64,000 nt of DNA from Candidatus Hydrogenedentota bacterium (GTDB lineage Bacteria; Hydrogenedentota; Hydrogenedentia; Hydrogenedentales; SLHB01), in the NCBI GenBank assembly GCA_963668025.2, contig CAXXTH010000023.1:192001-256000 (forward strand), in the 5' to 3' direction. Positions 19,145 through 26,499 of the stretch are shown piece by piece (position 1 is the first letter of the stretch; each line of letters opens with the position of its first letter). Both the position numbers and the translations under genes were made by a program. The notes beneath the pieces are model-generated. The model did no database searches. It saw only the letters and a program-made list of their open reading frames with translations, and was not told the DNA's origin.

Positions 19145-19183
19145 ACCGCCGTGGCGGACATTCCATCCGCCATGGCGGTTTTT
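19145..19183 (+). terminator. Intrinsic terminator after rpsT
   Basis: accgccgtggcgga-loop-tccgccatggcggt followed by a T run. Confidence 0.8.
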
Positions 19184-19253
19184 GTGTGCCTAAAGCGGTT
19201 CAAGATTGTATCTAGCGAGACAGCACCCAAACTCCAAGTCGATTTTGAATAGT

Positions 19254-19301
19254 GTGGCATGGGCGTCCCGCCCATGTACATGGCCGAGACGGCCATGCCA
19301 C
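19254..19301. repeat. REP family 2 inverted doublet (GTGG-CATGGGCGTCCCGCCCATG)
   Basis: gtggcatgggcgtcccgcccatg-ta-catggccgagacggccatgccac. Single copies at 10451 and 52161. Confidence 0.85.
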
Positions 19302-19355
19302 GGGAAATGAGAATCCATTCGCTTTGCTACATCCAATCTTGAGCCACCCAAAAGC

Positions 19356-19796
19356 CTAAGCGTTATTGTGGGCTTTTTCTTCCGCTTTGATGGCGTTCCA
19401 GCGTGCGATGGCTTCCTCCGGCGAAGCCGCTTTTTCATCGCCAAAGACATGCGCATGGCGGCGGATCATTTTCGCATGCGCCCGTTCGAGCGCTTCGAGG
19501 GGGCTGAATAGGCCTTCTTGTTCCGCCGCAACCGCTGCGGCTAACAACACAAAGAAGGTGTCGCCCCATTCCTCGGCGGCATGGCTGGCGCTGCTTTGCG
19601 TGAAGGCCTCATCCATCTCTTGCGCTTCCTCCCATGCAAAATGGGCGAAATTCCGCGCGGTCTGTTGTTGATCCCAGGGGCATCCTGAGGGCCCCCGCAA
19701 ATAGCGGGCAAGGCTTAAAAGCGCCTCGAACCAGTCGGATTCCGTCTCGGGATGTTTATGCCAGTGGGGGTAGAGAGGGGAGCCGGGCGATTGCAT
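19356..19796 (-). CDS. MazG-like nucleotide pyrophosphohydrolase (single domain)
   Basis: LRGPSGCPWDQQQT...EEAQE...EEWGD...KMIRRHAHVFG...WNAIKAEEK. Confidence 0.9.
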   Translation of the reverse strand: MQSPGSPLYPHWHKHPETESDWFEALLSLARYLRGPSGCPWDQQQTARNFAHFAWEEAQEMDEAFTQSSASHAAEEWGDTFFVLLAAAVAAEQEGLFSPLEALERAHAKMIRRHAHVFGDEKAASPEEAIARWNAIKAEEKAHNNA

Positions 19797-19908
19797 AATC
19801 GATACCTTCCGTTGCGCACTGCACACTTCAGCGTGAAATGGCGTCATCCACTCAAGCTTTAACGCATGCTGCCGATATGATATACTGAGTAATTATAGGA
19901 AAGGCTGC

Positions 19909-20121
19909 ATGATGACAATCCAGTGTTGTAAATGCAAACGGCTGCAAACAGAGCATGGCTGGCTCGAAGCGCCTCAGGCGCTCACTGGGCCCATTTCCCA
20001 TACCTATTGCCCCGATTGCTTTACCGAAACACGGATCGAGCATTTCTCCGAAATCGCGAGCCGTTCCGCACATGAATCCGCAGGCGCCGTGGCCATGCTG
20101 CTGGCGCTATCCACTCCTTAG
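19909..20121 (+). CDS. Small putative zinc-binding protein (CxxC...HxxCxxC)
   Basis: CCKCKR...W...ISHTYCPDC. AGGAAAGG ribosome-binding site. Fills the gap between neighbouring genes. Confidence 0.7.
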   Translation: MMTIQCCKCKRLQTEHGWLEAPQALTGPISHTYCPDCFTETRIEHFSEIASRSAHESAGAVAMLLALSTP

Positions 20122-20961
20122 TTATAGTTTGTCCAGATAGTCCACCCCGCCCAAATTCCGCATTTGCCGGACAATCCACGCTTGGCGCTGGCGTAGAAAT
20201 GAGGTAGGCCGCAAGGGCGAATACCGGCGTGGGCTAGGCAACACCGCGGCAAGCAAGGCTGCTTGCTGTTCATTCAGCCCCCGGGCTTCTTTATGAAAGT
20301 AAGTCTGTGCGGCGGCCTCGAGTCCGTAAATGCCAGGGCCGAATTCCACTACGTTGGCGTAGACCTCAAGAATGCGCCGCTTTCCCCATAGCGCCTCCAC
20401 CAACACCGTGAAGTAGGCCTCCAGCCCCTTGCGCAGCCAGGAACGACCCGGCCAAAGAAACACATTTTTCGCCGTTTGCTGAGAGAGGGTGCTTCCGCCG
20501 CGCAGGCGTTCTCCATCTTTGTGTTCTTGGATGGCTTTGCGGATTGCCGCCGCATCAAAACCATAATGCTCGGGGAAACGCTGGTCTTCGGCGGCGATGA
20601 TCGCCAGCAAGGCTTTGGGCGGCAAGGCCTCGTACGAACGCCAATGCTTAATCATGCGCGCCTTGCCCTCCTCCGCCCCCACATAATTGATAAGCATGAT
20701 GGGGGTGATCGGCGGATTCACGAACCGGTACATGGCCGCCAACATGACCGTAGTTAGCACGAATGCGCCCGCGCCCACCATGGCCCATTTCACGACGCGG
20801 CGCAGCCATCCCCGCACGGAACGGCCGGTGCGCCGCGGCGCGGCCTTCGCCTTCCGCACCCGGCGCGGTTTCGCGGTTTTTGGAGAACGCCCCTGAACGG
20901 CGGCGTCTTCAGGAGCGGAGGAGTCCTTTGCCTTCTTCATTGAGGAGTGTTTCGAGGTCAT
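20122..20961 (-). CDS. mtgA: Monofunctional biosynthetic peptidoglycan transglycosylase
   Basis: AAEDQRFPEHYGFD, RGGSTLSQQTAKNVFLW, RKGLEAY, KRRILEVYAN. Confidence 0.95.
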   Translation of the reverse strand: MTSKHSSMKKAKDSSAPEDAAVQGRSPKTAKPRRVRKAKAAPRRTGRSVRGWLRRVVKWAMVGAGAFVLTTVMLAAMYRFVNPPITPIMLINYVGAEEGKARMIKHWRSYEALPPKALLAIIAAEDQRFPEHYGFDAAAIRKAIQEHKDGERLRGGSTLSQQTAKNVFLWPGRSWLRKGLEAYFTVLVEALWGKRRILEVYANVVEFGPGIYGLEAAAQTYFHKEARGLNEQQAALLAAVLPSPRRYSPLRPTSFLRQRQAWIVRQMRNLGGVDYLDKL

Positions 20962-21328
20962 CGATTCCCTTGCGCGCCAAAATGCCGTTTAGTTCATCAA
21001 TCGAGACGCCCAGGCGCGCCTGGAGGATCTCTTCGATGACCTGGCTCGACACGGGCCGCTCATTTACCAGTTGGATGAGGTGAAGCAATGTGGTGACGGG
21101 ATTCGTCAAGTAGCGCAAATCCAGTTGATCGCGGTTAGTCGCAATGGCTCTCGCCATAAAATGCACCGCCGAGCGGACCAGATCCGCCCGCCGGAGGGGC
21201 ACTCCAAGCGTGGTGCGCACTTCTTCGCAAAGCTGGTCCAACAGCTCCGCCTCCTCGCGTGGCAAAAAAATCGCGGTGCGCCCCCATATGCGTTCATTCG
21301 GTGAAGCCGTTTTTGGGTCATTGTCCAT
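20909..21328 (-). CDS. Hypothetical protein, possible ribbon-helix-helix N-terminus
   Basis: RTAIFLPREEAELLDQLCEE...RRADLVRSAV has RHH-like spacing. Sits in operon position between the DUF456 gene and mtgA. Confidence 0.6.
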   Translation of the reverse strand: MDNDPKTASPNERIWGRTAIFLPREEAELLDQLCEEVRTTLGVPLRRADLVRSAVHFMARAIATNRDQLDLRYLTNPVTTLLHLIQLVNERPVSSQVIEEILQARLGVSIDELNGILARKGIDDLETLLNEEGKGLLRS

Positions 21329-21358
21329 CAGGGACGCCTTTCGCACGCGATTCCGCCA

Positions 21359-21877
21359 TTAAAACGTGAACGCCGCCACCGCCAGCATGGCCAGGCCCGC
21401 CATCAATTTGGCCAGCAACCCAGCCACCCGGCCCAGCGCCGCGCCAAAACCAGTCCAGAACGCCTGCTGCGCCGTGCGCTCCCGCTGCACATATTCATAC
21501 AATGCCGCCGCCGCGAATGCCCCCAGGCACGCCCCTATCAGCGTGCCCACCACGGGAATCGGAATCAACGGCGTGCCGAGAATCGCGCCTGCCAGGCACC
21601 CTGCGATGGCCGAGATGCCGCTGCCTTTGCCCCCGCCGAATTTCGACGCGCCATACCCCGCCGCCACCGCCTCGAGCACTTCGCCTAAAACCGCAAGCAC
21701 GAGCATGATGGCCAAGCCGGTGAGGCTGAACCGTTCCATACCGGTCACGCCCCAGGCGATGGCGGTTGACCCCAAGATAATCCAATTGCCAAACAAGCCC
21801 ACCGCATCCAGGAGCAGCCCCGCCAAAATGGCGGCGGCGAACGTGCCCCATCCCAAAATCGCTAAAATCCATTCCAT
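21359..21877 (-). CDS. DUF456 family membrane protein
   Basis: Gly-rich TM protein with GASKFGGGK, G...IPIPVVGTLIGACLGAF...E. Confidence 0.85.
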   Translation of the reverse strand: MEWILAILGWGTFAAAILAGLLLDAVGLFGNWIILGSTAIAWGVTGMERFSLTGLAIMLVLAVLGEVLEAVAAGYGASKFGGGKGSGISAIAGCLAGAILGTPLIPIPVVGTLIGACLGAFAAAALYEYVQRERTAQQAFWTGFGAALGRVAGLLAKLMAGLAMLAVAAFTF

Positions 21878-22086
21878 CACAAGCCATACTCCAGAGGCGC
21901 AATCCGAACCAGCCACCATTCATAGCAGAACCGCCCATGCCAGGTCCAGGAACGTGAATTGCCCTAATCGTAAAATGAGAGAGGTCAAACCTATGCCCAT
22001 CCATCAGACCGCAGAAGCTTTCTACCGTTTTTGTTCTCTTTCACATATTGTGCCGCCATTTTTTACTTTGGCTTACCTGCTCCATT

Positions 22087-22440
22087 TTTGGCCTCTTCGT
22101 CAGAATTTGTGGGTGGATAGAGTTTCCGTACCGGAAAACCAAAGACGGGAAGGCAGCCGGGTGGGTGAAACATGGGCATATGCATTTGTCTTTTTTCACC
22201 ACGGGGACACGGGGAAGCACGGGGAACGCATACTATACCCCATGGCATTCAGCATTATAGTCGTTGCAGTTTACCCAGAATGTTAAGTCCTATTTCTTGG
22301 ACATTTGTTTCGTGAACGCCTTTCGTTCCCCGTGGCTCCCCGTGTCCCCGTGGTGAAAAAAGCTTCTTTGAACAGGATTGCCACTGCCACATGTTATTCC
22401 CAGTTCTCAAACACCCACAAATTCTCACGAAGACTCCAAA
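22087..22440. repeat. Nested inverted repeats (MITE-like shell around an inverted triple-repeat pair)
   Basis: Outer 29-bp IR at 22087-22115 and 22412-22440 (3 mismatches). Inner 38-bp IR at 22191-22228 and 22324-22361 (2 mismatches). Confidence 0.85.
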
Positions 22441-22560
22441 TAAAATGTTCGCCAGATTGACGCGCTTTCCCGGTGGCGTATAGAGTAATCGCCAGCGGAA
22501 GTATGCGCCGCCATGGGGCGGACGCGGTCCTCCGGGGGAAACAGGCGGGAAACTGATCAC

Positions 22561-24009
22561 GTGCTTTTTAATTCACTGCACTTCGTCATCTTCTTCCCAT
22601 GCGTCGTGGCGCTGTATTTCGCCTGCCCCCAACGCTTTCGCTGGATGCTTCTGCTGGCGGCAAGCTATTACTTTTATATGTGCTGGAAGGCCGAATACCT
22701 CCTGCTCATCATCGCCTCGACGGTTATCGACTACATCGCAGCCCTGTTACTCGACCGCACCAAAACGCAACAGGCCCGCAATACCTTGATGGGCGCCAGC
22801 CTCGCCGTCAATCTCGGGCTCCTCTTCGCCTTCAAATATTTCAATTTCTTCAGCGATTCCGCCCGCGCCGTCCTCACTCATTTCAACGTGTTCTATGACA
22901 TGCCCACGTTCCATGTCCTGTTGCCCGTGGGCATATCGTTCTACACCTTCCAAACCTTGAGCTACACCATCGACGTCTATAAGCGCGAGCGCCCGCCCGA
23001 GCGGCACCTGGGCTACTTCGCCCTCTACGTGGCCTTTTTCCCGCAACTCGTGGCCGGGCCCATCGAGCGTAGCGAACGCCTGTTGCCCCAGTTTCACGAA
23101 CGTCACCGTTTCGACCTCGATAAAGCCGCCGACGGCGTCCGCATCATGCTGTGGGGATTTTTCAAGAAAATCGTCATCGCGGACCGGCTGGCCATCTTCG
23201 TCAACGAAGTGTTCAACCATCCCGGGGCCTACCACGGCGGGGCGACGTGGCTCGCGGCGTATTTCTTCTCGTTTCAGATCTATTGCGACTTCTCGGGTTA
23301 TTCCGACATCGCCATCGGCTCCGCCCAAATCATGGGCTACCGGCTCATGGACAACTTCAAGCAGCCCTACTTCGCCGAGAACATCGGTGATTTCTGGCAG
23401 CGCTGGCACGTCTCCCTGTCCACATGGTTCCGTGACTACCTCTACATCCCCCTCGGCGGCAACCGCGTATCGAAACGCCGCTGGCACATCAATATTCTCA
23501 CGACCTTCGTCGTGAGCGGGCTGTGGCACGGGGCCAACTGGACCTTTGTTATTTGGGGAGCCCTCCACGGGCTCTACTACGTCGTAGCGCGCTGGACAGC
23601 CCCGGCCCGTGCGCGGGCCTGCGCCGCCGTGGGGCTCGGCCGCGCGCCGTGCCTCCACCGCGCCCTGCGCATCCTCATCATCTTCCACCTCGTAACCTTC
23701 GCGTATATCTTCTTCCGCGCCAATCACCTGCAAGACGCCGTCCATTTCATCGCCGCCCTATTCACCCCAGCGCCTGGCCAAGGCCTGCGCGTGATCCTGA
23801 CGCCCACCGATTTCACCATCGCCCTCGCCTCGGTGGCCTTCATGCTCGGAGTCGAATGGTTCTGGCCCCAGCAAGACCCCGCCCACGGCCGCAGTCCCCT
23901 GGCCGACCGCCCCCCCTGGACCCGGCGCGGATTCTACTACGCCGTCGCCATGTCCATCCTCATCTTCGGCAAATTCGGAAACAATGCGTTTATTTATTTT
24001 CAGTTTTGA
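22561..24009 (+). CDS. MBOAT family O-acyltransferase (AlgI/PatA/DltB-like)
   Basis: GTG start VLFNSLHF; LPVGISFYTFQ, FFPQLVAGPIER, QIYCDFSGYSDIA, FWQRWHVSLSTW, SGLWHGANW; ends FIYFQF. Confidence 0.95.
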   Translation: MLFNSLHFVIFFPCVVALYFACPQRFRWMLLLAASYYFYMCWKAEYLLLIIASTVIDYIAALLLDRTKTQQARNTLMGASLAVNLGLLFAFKYFNFFSDSARAVLTHFNVFYDMPTFHVLLPVGISFYTFQTLSYTIDVYKRERPPERHLGYFALYVAFFPQLVAGPIERSERLLPQFHERHRFDLDKAADGVRIMLWGFFKKIVIADRLAIFVNEVFNHPGAYHGGATWLAAYFFSFQIYCDFSGYSDIAIGSAQIMGYRLMDNFKQPYFAENIGDFWQRWHVSLSTWFRDYLYIPLGGNRVSKRRWHINILTTFVVSGLWHGANWTFVIWGALHGLYYVVARWTAPARARACAAVGLGRAPCLHRALRILIIFHLVTFAYIFFRANHLQDAVHFIAALFTPAPGQGLRVILTPTDFTIALASVAFMLGVEWFWPQQDPAHGRSPLADRPPWTRRGFYYAVAMSILIFGKFGNNAFIYFQF

Positions 24010-24213
24010 GAAGGATTGAGTCCACGGATGCATGCAGATGGGCGTAGACGATGGTGATAAAGCTATCACTTATAGGTGGCGATTGTGCACACTCGCACCT
24101 TAATCTCCGGAGTTTCTACCACGAGCACGAAGGACACGAAGAATTTGACCATCTCATCCCGAAACGACTGTAGCATCGGGCGGTAGAGTATCCGCCTTGT
24201 CCATATGCTCTGT

Positions 24214-25233
24214 TCAACAGTCCTTCTTTATCGCTCGGAGTCTAGTCATGACGGTATCGCCATATGGAGTTAGCGTCCAGTAAGTCTCAGTGTCTTTGAT
24301 GCTTCTGTTACGCGAACTCTGGGTTATCAAACCTAAAGCACGCAATTGAACCTTGACTGTTTGGAAATCTTCATTCAAAACCATGAGGCTATTGGATTCG
24401 ATATATGTATACTCCCGTCTGTTCTTTTCGCTTCGAATACATCTTACTATGTAACCATTTAATGATGACAGGAACTTGTTATCAGAGGCCTCATCAATCA
24501 TGATTGGAGATATTGAAGAGAATACATCGTTCCATTTTGTTACTACACTATCATAACAGTTACCCGGTTCGGCAAAATCTGGGTATTCAAAATGTAAAGT
24601 AAACGATGCGTCACCTTGAGCCAACGATTCCGTGCCCTCTGGAGCTTTGATACGTACCTGTTCCAGTTTTGAACGAAGCATCTCATTCTCATTTTTCAAC
24701 TTTAGCATTTCCTCTGCTATGTTTTGTTGAGGAACAAGATCTCCCTTTACCCATCCAGGTGATGGATGGTCCTTAATCAGCCGAACCAGACTTCGGCTAA
24801 CTTGGCTTCCCAGATCAGCAGGAGAATCCCAGAAACGGCACAACTTTTTCTGAACAAACGCTCGCAGAGCGACCAGTTTCTCCTTGTCTTCAGTTGTTCC
24901 CTCACAACGGTTGGCGGGAAGATTCCCAGGATCCTTATGGAGAAAGCCGATAATTGGCTTTCCTTTTTCTAGCGCATATCGGTATTCCATTTCTGTATAG
25001 CCTATGCCTTCGGGTCCAATTGATCCGTACCGTCCAGCCAGGATCACAATGTAGTAATCACAATCATCGATGACTTCCTTGATGAGCGTCCACTGATCAT
25101 CATTGGCCGCAGGAAACAACTCCATTCCCGCAGGGATACAGTCGAGTTCTAGTAACGCCTGCATGACTTCCTGGCGCTCTTCCTTCAAATCATCGTATGT
25201 TGAGCTAACGAAAACCTGATATCGAATATCCAT
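24214..25233 (-). CDS. DUF4062 domain-containing protein
   Basis: YQVFVSSTYDDLKEER...PAGMELFPA...IDDCDYYIVILAGRYGS...YTEMEYRYA...KPIIGF. Visibly more AT-rich than flanking genes. Confidence 0.9.
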   Translation of the reverse strand: MDIRYQVFVSSTYDDLKEERQEVMQALLELDCIPAGMELFPAANDDQWTLIKEVIDDCDYYIVILAGRYGSIGPEGIGYTEMEYRYALEKGKPIIGFLHKDPGNLPANRCEGTTEDKEKLVALRAFVQKKLCRFWDSPADLGSQVSRSLVRLIKDHPSPGWVKGDLVPQQNIAEEMLKLKNENEMLRSKLEQVRIKAPEGTESLAQGDASFTLHFEYPDFAEPGNCYDSVVTKWNDVFSSISPIMIDEASDNKFLSSLNGYIVRCIRSEKNRREYTYIESNSLMVLNEDFQTVKVQLRALGLITQSSRNRSIKDTETYWTLTPYGDTVMTRLRAIKKDC

Positions 25234-25536
25234 GGTACGATCTATTTCCCGCACTTAGCTATGTAGCGAATTTCAGCCTTTCCCGTTCCTGGCGCTCATC
25301 CAGACAGTAAACATGGCATGGTGTCCCGACTTTTCTATTTGTACGGTTATCTTATATGGACTACAGTCTGACCATCAAGAGAAATATACCCTCACTGGGA
25401 TCGATGAGGCATGGAGCTCTTGGCCGTTGTCATTGTTGTTCCATTACTTGCATGTAATCATGCTCTCGGAAAGCCGGCTCCACGATCAAATTCCTTCATG
25501 TTCTTCATGTATTTGGTGTATTTCGTGGTCTAAAAA

Positions 25537-25719
25537 TTACGCCTGCTCTTCCCGAAACACCTACCGCGCCGCTTCCAGGGTTTTGTCGAGTTCGGCGTTG
25601 CCGTGGGCGGCGCTCATGAAACAGGCCTCGAATTGGGACGGCGCGAAGTAGATACCCCGTTCGAGCATGCCGTGGAAGATCCGGGCGTACCGCTCCGTGT
25701 CCGATTGGGTCGCGTCAGC
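25537..25719 (-). pseudogene. hemL: 3' fragment of glutamate-1-semialdehyde aminomutase
   Basis: Manual translation [59 protein letters not shown] matches the HemL C-terminus (PSQFEA). No upstream part of the gene is present. Confidence 0.85.
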
Positions 25720-25968
25720 ACGCATAGAGGCATGTCAGTATTCTAACTATTTTTTTATTACTATGACACTCGAAGGTGTATACGGTGTCTCCAGAGATTT
25801 ATTTCCTGTATGTATACCTTGTTCGCTTTTCATAATAAATGAGCATGCAAACCGATGCCTTTTTGGTATTCTGCATTAATCAAAATGTTGTTTTCTTGTG
25901 AGGATTATCCTGAGAAACCGTTGCATATCAAATGATTATGCCGGGACTATATAGGTGTATCCATGAGC

Positions 25969-26058
25969 GGTGGGGCAAGCCCCACCCTACAAATTTTAGT
26001 GTATTTAGTGTATTTAGTGGTCTCAAAATCCGCCTCTTTGGTTGCGGCTATGCCGCGC
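25969..26058 (-). repeat. Composite repeat: REP family 1, triple 9-mer, and TTTGGTTGCGGCTATGCCGCGC hairpin
   Basis: Second copy of the unit at 5690-5782. Confidence 0.85.
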
Positions 26059-26499
26059 CGGGCGCATTGGTGGTCGAAAAGAAAGCTTTTCCTGGAATGC
26101 GTCGCGGAAGAGCGTGATCTCCGGTTCGCCGGTTTCGGGGAATTCTATGCAGACCACGTCGTAGCGGTAATACGCATCAGGCTCGTCGTGGAGTGACAAA
26201 TAATGCCGGGCGGCGGCTTGGATGTGTCGGCGTTTTTGTGGGGTGAGATTGTCTTGCGGTTCGGCCATTTGTCCGGGGCGGCGGGTCTTGACCTCGATAA
26301 AGGCGATAGTGTCGCCTTCCCGCGCGATGATATCGAGCTCGTAGCGCCCGAATACGGCGTTGCGTTTGAGGATGGCGTAACCTTGCCGCTTGAGGTAGCG
26401 GGCGGCGCAATCTTCACCGAGGCGGCCCAAGGGGGCATTCAGGGCGCGCAGGCCGGCCCACCGCCGGAGGGCGTCCACCCAGGCGCGCCACGGGGCCAT
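26023..26499 (-). CDS. yraN: YraN family protein (UPF0102)
   Basis: LGRLGEDCAARYLKRQGYAILKRN...ELDIIAREGDTIAFIEVKTR...RYDVV...DAF. Confidence 0.93.
   Translation of the reverse strand: MAPWRAWVDALRRWAGLRALNAPLGRLGEDCAARYLKRQGYAILKRNAVFGRYELDIIAREGDTIAFIEVKTRRPGQMAEPQDNLTPQKRRHIQAAARHYLSLHDEPDAYYRYDVVCIEFPETGEPEITLFRDAFQEKLSFRPPMRPARHSRNQRGGF

Noticed and set aside
25313-25345. catggtgtcccgacttttc upstream of the DUF4062 gene as a possible recombination site
   Set aside because: Single occurrence with no partner found in the window; too weak to call.
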